A stretch of DNA of 64,000 nt, taken from assembly GCA_035651295.1 (NCBI GenBank), contig DASRGA010000062.1, positions 721-64,720 of the forward strand. Direction: 5' to 3'. How positions within the stretch are numbered: position 1 is the stretch's first letter; every line of letters starts with the position of its first letter. The DNA comes from Gaiellaceae bacterium. GTDB lineage: Bacteria; Actinomycetota; Thermoleophilia; Gaiellales; Gaiellaceae. Under the pieces are notes generated by a model. The model ran no database searches. It was not told the origin of the DNA and was given only the letters and a program-made list of their open reading frames with translations. Shown piece after piece: positions 34,657 through 43,380 of the stretch. The translations under genes were made by a program, and so were the position numbers.

Positions 34657-34911
34657 TCAGTCGCCGTAGACGAGCGTCTCGACCGTCTCGCGGACGAGCA
34701 CCTCGAGCTGCGCACGCTCGCCCGGCACCGCCTGGGCGAGCTCGGCGCGGAGCTCCTCGATCGCGGCGCGGCCTCCCGGCGGGAGCTCGTCCGTCCCGAT
34801 CTCCTGCACCTTGCGCAGGAGCTCGTCGTTCCCTAGCTGGCGCGTCAACCAGTGGGACAGGTGCATGACGAGCTCGTCGTCGACGCGGCGCGGGTCAGGG
34901 TTCGTGGACAT
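34657..34911 (-). CDS. hypothetical acidic helical protein (84 aa) embedded in the rib operon
   Basis: Third codon positions are strongly GC-biased in this frame. No recognisable domain. Overlaps the ribD 3' end by 17 nt. Confidence 0.5.
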   Translation of the reverse strand: MSTNPDPRRVDDELVMHLSHWLTRQLGNDELLRKVQEIGTDELPPGGRAAIEELRAELAQAVPGERAQLEVLVRETVETLVYGD

Positions 34912-35833
34912 AGGCTTCGAGCAGTACGTCCTCCCCGACCGCGCGGGCGCGCAGGCGGGTGAGGGTGCGTGCGGAGGGTATCGCAGCGACGAGGCCCGCC
35001 CCCGCCCCTGCGATCGTCGGGGCGACGAAGACGAGCAGCTTGTCGACGAGGTCGGCCTCGAGGAAGGCGGCGGCGAGCGTCGGCCCGCCCTCCAGGAGCA
35101 GGCTCTGGACGCCGTCGGCCGCGAGCGCGGCGAGCTCCTCGGCGAGCGGCCCGCTCCGCAGCTCGAGGTCGAGCCCCGCCGGGAGCGGACGCTTCGAGAA
35201 CACGAGCCGGCGCGGCTGGCCGCGCGGCGTCGCGACGTCGCGGGCGTCGAGCCGCGGCCGGTCGGCGCGGGCCGTGCCGCCGCCGACCGCGACCGCGTCG
35301 ACGCGCGCCCGCAGCTCGTGCACGAGGCGCCGGCTCGCCTCGCCGCTCACCCAGCGCTCGCCCGGCACCGCCGTCCGGCCGTCCAGCGTCGCCGCCGCCT
35401 TGTAGATCACGAACGGGCGCCGCTTCGCCACCCAGGTGCGCCACGCCTCGTTCACGGCGCGCGCGTCGAACGACTCGACGTATTCGACGTCGACCCCGGC
35501 ACGACGCAGGCGCTCGGCTCCGCCGGCCGCCTCCGGGTTCGGGTCGTGCGCGCCGTAGACGACGCGCTCGACGCCGGCGGCGAGGATCGCGTCGACGCAG
35601 GGCGGCGTCGTCCCGTGGTGGTTGCAGGGCTCGAGCGTCACGTAGAGCGTCGCGCCGCGCGCCCGCTCGCCGGCCTCGTCGAGGACGACGCGCTCCGCGT
35701 GCCGCCCGCGCGGCTCCGTCGCGCCTTCCGCCACCACCTCGCCGTTCGCGACGAGCACCGCCCCCACCGTCGGCTTCGGGTACGCCCGGCCGTCGGCCGC
35801 GCGGGCGAGCTCGACCGCGCGCGCGAGCGTCAC
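34895..35833 (-). CDS. ribD: bifunctional riboflavin biosynthesis deaminase/reductase RibD
   Basis: HAERVVL and TLEPCNHHGTTPPC deaminase zinc motif, plus a reductase domain. The GTG at 35833 overlaps the rpe stop. Confidence 0.9.
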   Translation of the reverse strand: MTLARAVELARAADGRAYPKPTVGAVLVANGEVVAEGATEPRGRHAERVVLDEAGERARGATLYVTLEPCNHHGTTPPCVDAILAAGVERVVYGAHDPNPEAAGGAERLRRAGVDVEYVESFDARAVNEAWRTWVAKRRPFVIYKAAATLDGRTAVPGERWVSGEASRRLVHELRARVDAVAVGGGTARADRPRLDARDVATPRGQPRRLVFSKRPLPAGLDLELRSGPLAEELAALAADGVQSLLLEGGPTLAAAFLEADLVDKLLVFVAPTIAGAGAGLVAAIPSARTLTRLRARAVGEDVLLEAYVHEP

Positions 35834-36507
35834 GCGAGCGCCTGGACGAGCCGCCGGTAGGCGGCCGGCGGGTCGCCGCCGCCGAAGATCGAGGACGCGG
35901 CGACGAGCAGCGACGCGCCGTGCTCGTGCAGCTTGCCGATGTTCGCGGCGCCGACGCCGCCGTCGACCTGGATCAGCCGGTCGCCCGGCGCGAGAGCGCA
36001 AAGCCGCCGGAGGCGGTCGTACGTCTCTTCGCGGAACGGCTGCCCGGAGTAGCCGGGATGGATCGCCATGCAGAGCACGAGATCCGCCTCGCGCGCGACC
36101 GGCGCGACGTCCTCGGGCTCGGTCTCGGGGTTGAACGCGACGCCGACGCCGAGCCCGGCGGCGCGGGCCGCGGCGATCGTCGCCGGCACGTCGCCGACGG
36201 CCTCGTAGTGGAAGGTGACGCTGTCGCCGCCCGCCTTCGCCACCGGCTCGAAGTACCTGGCCGGGCTCTCGACCATCAGGTGCACGTCGACCACGCCGCC
36301 CGCCGCATGGATGCGCGGCGCGATCCATTGCAGGACGATCGGGCCCATCGTGATCGGCTCGACGAAGTGCCCGTCGCCCACGTCGAAGTGGAAGACCCGG
36401 CAGCCGGCGGCGAGGAGGGCGTCGATCTGCTCGCCGAGGCGCGAGAAGTCCGCGCCGTACAGCGACGGCTCGACCTCGTTCCCGCGCACCCAGTCGTTCC
36501 AGGCCAC
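35830..36507 (-). CDS. rpe: ribulose-phosphate 3-epimerase
   Basis: HFDVGDGHFV, VHLMV and DGGV. Confidence 0.93.
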   Translation of the reverse strand: MAWNDWVRGNEVEPSLYGADFSRLGEQIDALLAAGCRVFHFDVGDGHFVEPITMGPIVLQWIAPRIHAAGGVVDVHLMVESPARYFEPVAKAGGDSVTFHYEAVGDVPATIAAARAAGLGVGVAFNPETEPEDVAPVAREADLVLCMAIHPGYSGQPFREETYDRLRRLCALAPGDRLIQVDGGVGAANIGKLHEHGASLLVAASSIFGGGDPPAAYRRLVQALA

Positions 36508-36516
36508 GACGCGATG

Positions 36517-37680
36517 CTACGCGCGGAGGCGAGCGATGAAGAAGCCGCTCGTCCCGTCGCGGTCGGGGCGCGTGAGCAGGAACTCGGGCCTCGCCGGGTG
36601 GGCGTACCGGGGCCACTCGCCGCCGAGCGGGTCGGGCTCGAGGCCGCTCGCGTCGACGATCGCCTCGTTCTCGTCGGCGTTGAGCGTGCACACGGAGTAG
36701 ACGACGACACCGCCGGGCTTCGTCCGCTCGGCAGCCGCGCGGAGCAGCTCGAGCTGGAGCTCGGGCAGCGGCCGGGCCCGCCAGCGGAGGTCGGGCCGGC
36801 GGGCGAGCACGCCGAGCCCCGAGCAGGGAGCGTCGACGAGCGCGCGGTCGAAGCCGCCCTCGTCGAGCTCGCGCGCGTCGGCGTTGACGACGCGGACGTT
36901 CGGGCCGGCCGTGCGGGCGAGCGCGGCCGCGCGCCCCGGGTGGACCTCGACCGCCGTCACCTCGCCCCGCAGCATCGCCGTCTTGCCGCCGGGGGCGGCG
37001 CAGCTGTCCAGGATGCGCTCGCCGTCCCGGGAGCCGACGACGAGCGCGGCCAGCTGCGAGGCGCGGCTCATCGGGCGCATGAGCCGGATATCGACGGCAT
37101 CGACGCGATATGCGCCGGGGATATCAGTCGGCTCGCCGACCGGGTCGGCGGCGCGCACCTCCAGCGCCGGCGGCTCGTTCTGGGCGCGCATCAGCGAGAT
37201 CGCCGCCTCGTCGCCGAGATCCCGCTGCCACACCGCTGATATCCAGTCGGGATACGAGAGCTTCACCGGCCCGTCCGGCAGCGAGGCGACGAGGCCGCGG
37301 AAGCCGTGCGCCAGCCGCCGCAGGACCGCGTTCGTGAACGCCACCGCCCGCTCGCGCCCGGCGGCGCGCACGAGCTCGACGGAGTCGTCGACGACGGCAT
37401 GCTCGGCCTGCTCGGTGAACGCGAGCTGGTAGGCGCCGAGGCGGAGCGCCGCGAGCACGGGGGCGTCGAGCTTGCGCACCGGCCGCCTGCCCAGACGCTC
37501 GATGCCGAAGTCGAGCGTGCGCGCGCGCTGGACCGTCCCGTAGGCGAGCCGCTGGGCGAGCGCGCGATCGCGCGCGTCGAGGCCGGCGACCGCGGAGTCG
37601 AGCGCCCGGTCCGCGTACGCCTCCTCCTCGAAGACGCGGCGGACGACCTCGAAGGCGGCGCGGCGGGCCGGCGCGATCAC
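36517..37680 (-). CDS. rsmB: 16S rRNA (cytosine967-C5)-methyltransferase RsmB/Sun
   Basis: NusB-like N-terminus, DSCAAPGGKT, DAPCSGLG and YSVCT. The GTG at 37680 overlaps the fmt stop (GTGA). Confidence 0.88.
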   Translation of the reverse strand: MIAPARRAAFEVVRRVFEEEAYADRALDSAVAGLDARDRALAQRLAYGTVQRARTLDFGIERLGRRPVRKLDAPVLAALRLGAYQLAFTEQAEHAVVDDSVELVRAAGRERAVAFTNAVLRRLAHGFRGLVASLPDGPVKLSYPDWISAVWQRDLGDEAAISLMRAQNEPPALEVRAADPVGEPTDIPGAYRVDAVDIRLMRPMSRASQLAALVVGSRDGERILDSCAAPGGKTAMLRGEVTAVEVHPGRAAALARTAGPNVRVVNADARELDEGGFDRALVDAPCSGLGVLARRPDLRWRARPLPELQLELLRAAAERTKPGGVVVYSVCTLNADENEAIVDASGLEPDPLGGEWPRYAHPARPEFLLTRPDRDGTSGFFIARLRA

Positions 37681-38456
37681 CGCACGCCGCGGAGGAACTC
37701 GTCGTAGCTCATGCGCCCGCGTCCTTCCGGCTGCACGAGCTCGGGCACGAACCTGCCGCCGTCGAGTCGCCCGCGCCAGACGATCACCCGCCGCCCGTGC
37801 AGCTCCGCCCACGCGCCGATGTGCGGCGAGAGCGCGCGCACCCGCCGCCAGGAGTCGACCGGGTCGCCGAGGTCGAGCCGCCGGTCGTCGGGGCCGATCT
37901 TTCCCGCGTAGGTCGCGCCCTCGTCCCCCTGCGGCGTGAACGCCGGGGCGGCGAGCACGCGAGCGAGCAGCGTCGCCGCCAGCTCGGCCGAACGCTCGAA
38001 CACGCCGCCGGCGTCGAGGTCGCCGATCGGGAACGCCTCCTGCGCGGCGATCGGGCCCGCGTCGAGCTCGGCAACCGTCTCGTGGATCGTCACGCCGGCC
38101 TGCTCGTCGCCGGCGAGGATCGCGCGCTCGACCGGCGCCGGTCCGCGCCAGCGCGGCAGCAGCGACGGATGGACGTTCAGCCAGAGCGACTCGGCGAGCA
38201 GGCGCGGCGGGATGTAGAGGCCGTACGCGCAGACGACCACCCGTTCGACGCGGACGGGCAGCTCGGGCTTCTCGGGCTGATGCACGGGAATGCCGAGCCG
38301 CTCCGCCGCGACCTTCGCGGGCGGCGCGGCGACGCGGCGGCCGCGGCCGCGCGGCGCGTCGGGGCGTGTGAGCAGGAAGGCGACGTCGTGTGCGGCGGCG
38401 AGGCGCTCGAGCACGTCCGCCCCGAGCGGCGCGGTCGCTGCGACGCCGATCCGCAC
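37677..38456 (-). CDS. fmt: methionyl-tRNA formyltransferase (compact, 259 aa)
   Basis: LTRPDAPRGRGRR, NVHPSLLPRWRGPAP and LDAGPI. Confidence 0.9.
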   Translation of the reverse strand: MRIGVAATAPLGADVLERLAAAHDVAFLLTRPDAPRGRGRRVAAPPAKVAAERLGIPVHQPEKPELPVRVERVVVCAYGLYIPPRLLAESLWLNVHPSLLPRWRGPAPVERAILAGDEQAGVTIHETVAELDAGPIAAQEAFPIGDLDAGGVFERSAELAATLLARVLAAPAFTPQGDEGATYAGKIGPDDRRLDLGDPVDSWRRVRALSPHIGAWAELHGRRVIVWRGRLDGGRFVPELVQPEGRGRMSYDEFLRGVR

Positions 38457-38460
38457 CGGC

Positions 38461-39075
38461 TCAGCCCAGGACGACGCGGGGCCGCAGCACGCCGAGCGCT
38501 TCCTTGCGGTGCTCGTCGTCGGTGCGGTCGATGATCAGCACGCCGTCGAGATGGTCGAGCTCGTGGAGCGCGACCCGGGCCGCGTACTCGCCGAGCTCGA
38601 GGCGGACGTCGCCGCCGTTCTCGTCCTTCCCCTCGAGGACGGCGCGCACCGGGCGCTCGACCGGGACCCGCACGCCCTGCAGCGACAGGCAGCCCTCGCT
38701 GTCGGAAGCCGTCTCGTCGGCCTGCTCGACGAGCACCGGGTTGACGAGGGCACGCGGCCCGTCCTCGTCGGGCTCGAACACGAAGAGCCGGCGGAGCACG
38801 CCCACCTGCGTCGCGGCGAGGCCGACTCCCTGCGCGTCGTGCATCAGGGCGGTCATGCGCTCGACGAGGCGGCGCAGGTCGTCGTCGAACGCCGTGACCT
38901 CGTTCGCCTTCAGGCGCAGGACCGGGTCGCCGTACTGGCGGATCTGCGCGAGCGCGAGCTGGCGGCGGGCCTCGGCCTCGACCGCCTCGCGGTCGTGCGC
39001 GCGGTCCCCGTCATGGCCGTGACCGTCGTCGCCGCCATGGTCGTGCTCGTGTTCGTGATCGTGATCGTGCGCCAC
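38461..39075 (-). CDS. def: peptide deformylase with a His/Asp-rich N-terminal tail
   Basis: GVGLAATQ, EGCLS and HELDH motifs. N-terminus reads MAHDHDHEHEHDHGGDDGHGHDGD. The only canonical start is GTG at 39075. Confidence 0.9.
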   Translation of the reverse strand: MAHDHDHEHEHDHGGDDGHGHDGDRAHDREAVEAEARRQLALAQIRQYGDPVLRLKANEVTAFDDDLRRLVERMTALMHDAQGVGLAATQVGVLRRLFVFEPDEDGPRALVNPVLVEQADETASDSEGCLSLQGVRVPVERPVRAVLEGKDENGGDVRLELGEYAARVALHELDHLDGVLIIDRTDDEHRKEALGVLRPRVVLG

Positions 39076-39100
39076 GGAGCGAGCAGTGTAGACAGGCGGC

Positions 39101-39589
39101 TCAGGCGGCCGGGAACCGCTCGAGGATCCACGCCGCGTCGAGCGGCTCGCGGCGGTACGGGCGGCCGCCGACCTTGACGTAGTCGCGCGTGCGCGGATCC
39201 ATCGGCAGCCGCGCCTCGGTCGGGTACCAGCGGTTGTGGCGCGCGATCAGGTCGTTGACGTCGCCGAAGTCCCAGCGCTCCGCGAGCGCCCGCCACGCTG
39301 CGGCGTCGCCGCGGTGCTCCGCGTACGCCTCGGCGAGCCGGGCCTCGTGCGCGCCGATCGCGTCCTCGATCTGCCGCAGCCGCCGCATGTAGGGCAGCGG
39401 CCCGCCGAGCGACGCGAGGTACCGGTCGGCCTCGACCCGGAAACGGCGGATGCGGCGGGGCAGCTTCCGCCCCGTGTACGGGTTCAGCTCCGCCTCGTGC
39501 GCGAGCTTCGCGCGCTCGGCCTGCGAGGGCGGCGTCACGTCCCGGATGCCCCACTCGCCGATGATCTCCTCCGGCCTGCGCTTCGCCAT
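39101..39589 (-). CDS. hypothetical protein (162 aa)
   Basis: Coding-like GC in third codon positions. Arg-rich helical sequence with no recognised domain. Confidence 0.5.
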   Translation of the reverse strand: MAKRRPEEIIGEWGIRDVTPPSQAERAKLAHEAELNPYTGRKLPRRIRRFRVEADRYLASLGGPLPYMRRLRQIEDAIGAHEARLAEAYAEHRGDAAAWRALAERWDFGDVNDLIARHNRWYPTEARLPMDPRTRDYVKVGGRPYRREPLDAAWILERFPAA

Positions 39590-39608
39590 GGGCGCATGGT
39601 GCCACCGG

Positions 39609-41522
39609 TCAGAGGCTCTGCGGGTCGACGTCGACGACCGCGGTCAGCCCGGCGCGCCGCATGTTCGGCGCGGCGGCCGAGAGGAGCCGCGCCGCCTGCG
39701 AGGCGATCCGCCGAGGCTCGCTCGTCTTGGCGACGAGCTGGGCGCGGTGGCGGCCGCGCAGCCGCAGCAGCACGGCGGGCCCGAGCAGCTCCGCGCCTCG
39801 GATGCCCGCCTTCAGCTCCTCGAGCGCGCGCACGACCGGCTCGAGCGACGGCCCCGCGACGACGACCCGCACGAGGTGCCCGAACGGCGGGTACTCGAGC
39901 GCACGCCGGCGGTCGAGCTCCTCGGCGAGGAAACGGGCGACGTCGTGCCGCGCCGCGTGCGCGATCGGACGGGCGTCGGGCTGAAACGTCTGCACGAGCA
40001 CGCGCCCCGGCGCGTCGCGGCCGCTGCGGCCGGCGAGCTGCGTGACGAGCTGGAACGTGCGTTCCTCCGCGCGGAAGTCGGGCAGGCCGAGACCCGTGTC
40101 GGCGTCGATCACCGCCGCCAGCTCGACGCCGGCGAAGTGATGCCCCTTCGCAACCATCTGGGTGCCGAGCAGCACGGCCGAGCTCGCCTCGGCGAAGCGG
40201 CGCAGGAGGGCGGCGAGCTGCTCCGGCTTCGCGACCGCGTCGGCGTCGAGCCGGATCAGCTCGAGCTCGGGCAGCTCGCGGGCGAGCTCCCGCTCCAGCT
40301 TCTGCGTGCCGGCGCCGAGCCTGGCGAGGTCGGGCGAGCCGCAGGCCGGGCACAGCTCGGGCGCGTGCCGGGAGTGGCCGCAGTGGTGGCAGCGCAGCGC
40401 GCCCTCGCCGTGCAGCACGAGCGCGACGTCGCAGTTCGGGCAGCGGATCGTCGAGCCGCACGCACGGCAATGCAGCGCCGGCGCGATGCCGCGCCGGTTG
40501 AGCAGCAGGATCGCCTTGCCGCCGTGCTCGGCGACCGCGCGGAGCTCGGCGAGCAGCGGGGCCGAGAGCGGATAGCCGGCCTCGCGGCGCAGGTCGACCA
40601 CCCGCACCGGCGGCAGCGCGGCGCCGATGCGCCCCTCGAGCGGAAGGCGCTCGAGCGCCGCCCAGCTCTCGGGCCGCGGCGTCGCCGACCCGAAGACCGC
40701 GACGGCGCCCTCCAGAGAAGCGCGCTTCGCAGCCACGGTGCGCGCGTCGTAGCGCGGATCCGAGTCCTGCTTGTAGGACGGGTCGTGCTCCTCGTCGACG
40801 ACGATCAGCCCGAGCGCCGGCAGCTGCGCGAAGATCGCCGAGCGCGCGCCGACGACCACGCGCGCCTCGCCGCTCCCGATTCGCTCGCGCTCGTCGCGGC
40901 GCTCGGCCCCGGAGAGCGCGGAGTGCAGGATCGCCACGCTGTCGCCGAACCGCGCGCGAAAGCGCCCGACGGTCTGCGGTGCGAGGGCGATCTCGGGCAC
41001 GAGCACGATCGTGCCGAGCCCGCGCTCGAGCATCGCCGCGCACGCACGCAGATACACCTCCGTCTTGCCGGAGCCGGTCGGCCCGTGCAGGAGCACGTTG
41101 CCGGCCGGGCCGTCGACGATGCGGGCGACGGCAGCCGCCTGCGACGGCGACAGCACGGGCGGCGGCGCCTCCCCGGGCAGCGACTGCCGTTCGGCCGGCG
41201 GCGCCTGCTCCCGGCGCCGCTTCGGCAGCTCGGGAGCGACGAGCGCGAGCGCGCGCGCAGGCGTCGAGCCGTAGTACTCGGCGAGCCACAGCGCGAGCTC
41301 GACCAGGGACGCCGGCACCGCGCCGAGGACCGACTCGACCGCGCGCGCCTCGACGCCGTCCGGCGGCGCGTCGACGAGCCGCGTCACGATCCCGCGCGCA
41401 CGCGAGCGGCCGAACGGCACCCGCACGATCGCGCCGACGCCGACGCCGTCCGGCACCTCGTAGGTGAACTCACGTGCGACCGCGCGCGCCGTCACGAGCG
41501 GGTACACCGCAGCGAACGGCAT
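39609..41522 (-). CDS. priA: primosomal protein N' (PriA helicase)
   Basis: GPTGSGKTEVY, VVDEEHD and the zinc-binding CRACG..CPNC..CHHCG..CPACG. The ATG at 41522 overlaps the upstream stop. Confidence 0.92.
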   Translation of the reverse strand: MPFAAVYPLVTARAVAREFTYEVPDGVGVGAIVRVPFGRSRARGIVTRLVDAPPDGVEARAVESVLGAVPASLVELALWLAEYYGSTPARALALVAPELPKRRREQAPPAERQSLPGEAPPPVLSPSQAAAVARIVDGPAGNVLLHGPTGSGKTEVYLRACAAMLERGLGTIVLVPEIALAPQTVGRFRARFGDSVAILHSALSGAERRDERERIGSGEARVVVGARSAIFAQLPALGLIVVDEEHDPSYKQDSDPRYDARTVAAKRASLEGAVAVFGSATPRPESWAALERLPLEGRIGAALPPVRVVDLRREAGYPLSAPLLAELRAVAEHGGKAILLLNRRGIAPALHCRACGSTIRCPNCDVALVLHGEGALRCHHCGHSRHAPELCPACGSPDLARLGAGTQKLERELARELPELELIRLDADAVAKPEQLAALLRRFAEASSAVLLGTQMVAKGHHFAGVELAAVIDADTGLGLPDFRAEERTFQLVTQLAGRSGRDAPGRVLVQTFQPDARPIAHAARHDVARFLAEELDRRRALEYPPFGHLVRVVVAGPSLEPVVRALEELKAGIRGAELLGPAVLLRLRGRHRAQLVAKTSEPRRIASQAARLLSAAAPNMRRAGLTAVVDVDPQSL

Positions 41523-42424
41523 CAGGCGGGCGACTCGTCGGCCCGCTCCTCCTGCGAGGCCGCGCGGAGCCGCTTGAACGACAGCGTGCGCGCCATCACC
41601 GCGATCGCGGCGAGGCCGAGGACGAGGTTCTCGACGGTGATCGCGATGTTCATGCCGACGCTGAACGCGAGCAGCAGCGAGGTCGAGATCGCCGAGCGGT
41701 GGAACAGGTAGACGATCAGGCCCTGTTTCGTGCCCGCGCCGCCCGGCGTCGCCGGGAAGAGCGTCGCCAGGGAGTCCACCACCTGCGCGAGCAGCGCGTT
41801 GTGAACGCTCGCGTGCACGCGGAACGCTTCGAGAAAGAAGTACAGCGTGGCGAGCCGGAACACCCACGAGACGGCCTGCGGCACGACGACGCCGAGCACG
41901 AACCGCCGCCGGTCGGAGAGGATCGCGAAGCCGAGCTTGATCCGCTTCCACCACTCGTCCAGCCGCCGCTCGGCGAGCACGAAGAGCACCAGTAGGACGA
42001 GCGCCAGCACGAGCAGGCCGCCGACCGTCCAGCGGTCGTGGCGCAGGAAGAACTTCCAGTCGACGGTCGGGATGCGCGAATAGACCTGGCGGGTCGGCAG
42101 CACGCCGATCGACAGCGCCCAGACGAGGAGCGCGCCTGCGACCACGAAGTCGAACATCGTCTCGACGACGAGCGTCGACGCGAGCGTCGCGTAGCGGGTC
42201 TCCGGCGCGCGCCGCCGGACGAGGTAGAGCTTCACGAGGTCTCCGCCGCGCGCGGGCGCGATCGAGTTGACGCCGACGCCCGCCACGTACGCCCCGAACG
42301 TGCTCGCGTAGCGGATCCGCTCGTGCGGATACGACGCCCGCAGGATGTTCTGCCACGCCCGCGCCCGGAACAGCAGCTTCACGAGCTGGCAGGAGAGCGC
42401 GATCGCAAACGGCTCCCAGCGCAC
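41522..42424 (-). CDS. flippase-like / lysylphosphatidylglycerol-synthase TM-region family (UPF0104) membrane protein
   Basis: Multiple TM helices, RARAWQNIL and PATPGGAGT motifs. The N-terminus looks short (see findings). Confidence 0.7.
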   Translation of the reverse strand: MRWEPFAIALSCQLVKLLFRARAWQNILRASYPHERIRYASTFGAYVAGVGVNSIAPARGGDLVKLYLVRRRAPETRYATLASTLVVETMFDFVVAGALLVWALSIGVLPTRQVYSRIPTVDWKFFLRHDRWTVGGLLVLALVLLVLFVLAERRLDEWWKRIKLGFAILSDRRRFVLGVVVPQAVSWVFRLATLYFFLEAFRVHASVHNALLAQVVDSLATLFPATPGGAGTKQGLIVYLFHRSAISTSLLLAFSVGMNIAITVENLVLGLAAIAVMARTLSFKRLRAASQEERADESPA

Positions 42425-42491
42425 CTGCGAGAGGTGGTGGAAGAAGACTCCGACCGCGTGGAAGAAGGCGCCCAGGGCGCCTCAGCGTAGT

Positions 42492-43325
42492 TCAGGCTCC
42501 GGCGGCGACGAGGACCCAGTCCGTGCCGAACCCGAGCAGGAGCCCGAGCAGCACCGACCAGGCGACGAGCGTCGGCAGGGCGAAGCGCCGGCAGACCTCG
42601 AAGAGCTGGATCACGACGTACAGGATCGAGCCGCCGGCCATCGCGAAGAAGACCGTCTCGAGCGCCGGGCTCACCCAGGCCTGGCCGATCACCGTGCCGA
42701 GGAAGGTCGGCCCGCCGCCGATCAGGCCCATCAGCCCGAGGAACGGCCAGCTCGGCCGCTCGGCCTCGCCGGACATCGGCCCGACGATGCCAAAGCCCTC
42801 GGTCGTGTTGTGGAGCCCGAAGCCGATGATCAGGACGAGCGCGAGGCTCAGCTCGCCGGCGGCGGCCGACTGGCCGATCGCGAGCCCTTCGCCGAAGTTG
42901 TGCAGGCCGATGCCCGTGGCGATCAGGAGCGCGAGCCGCCGGCCGGGCGTCAGCGACTCGATGAAGCCGCGGCGCTCGAACTCGTCGAGGGCGGCGGCGC
43001 CGGGGCCGATGAGCGGCGTCGCCCGGCGCGTCCGCAGCCACTCGTCGTAGTAGACGAGCGCCATCAGCCCCGCCGCGAAGCCGGCCCCGAGCAGCGCGGC
43101 ATACCCGGCGAATGGCCCCCAGGAGTGAGCCTCGAGCTTCGACTCCACCGGCGCGACCCCGTGCGAGACGACGTCCCAGAAGAGGAAGACGAGGATCCCG
43201 GTGGCGACCGCGCTGAGCGACGCGCGCACCCGGGTCGAGAGCCCGCCGAGCCGCCCCATCGGCAGGCCGACGTAGATCGTGAAACCGGCGACCGCGCCGA
43301 GGATGAGGGTTTCGCCGGTGCTCAT
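42492..43325 (-). CDS. ZIP family divalent-metal transporter (ZupT-like)
   Basis: GIGLHNFGEGLAIG and GFGLHNTTEGFG metal-binding helices. Confidence 0.88.
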   Translation of the reverse strand: MSTGETLILGAVAGFTIYVGLPMGRLGGLSTRVRASLSAVATGILVFLFWDVVSHGVAPVESKLEAHSWGPFAGYAALLGAGFAAGLMALVYYDEWLRTRRATPLIGPGAAALDEFERRGFIESLTPGRRLALLIATGIGLHNFGEGLAIGQSAAAGELSLALVLIIGFGLHNTTEGFGIVGPMSGEAERPSWPFLGLMGLIGGGPTFLGTVIGQAWVSPALETVFFAMAGGSILYVVIQLFEVCRRFALPTLVAWSVLLGLLLGFGTDWVLVAAGA

Positions 43326-43333
43326 TGTCCGCA

Positions 43334-43357
43334 GCGTGTAAGGGTAGCCTTACACGC
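43334..43357. promoter_or_regulatory. 24-bp near-perfect palindrome in the ZIP / DtxR-family divergent promoter; candidate metalloregulator operator
   Basis: GCGTGTAAGGGT|AGCCTTACACGC, 11 of 12 pairs complementary. The core AGGgTAGCCTtAC resembles the centre of the DtxR/IdeR iron box. Confidence 0.55.
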
Positions 43358-43380
43358 AGGCCCGCGTCTACGATCGAGCC

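Noticed and set aside
35834-36520. An FMN riboswitch was expected in front of the riboflavin genes.
   Set aside because: ribD overlaps rpe, and rpe follows rsmB by 9 nt, so there is no non-coding space. The fmt-rsmB-rpe-ribD arrangement without a riboswitch is known from mycobacteria.
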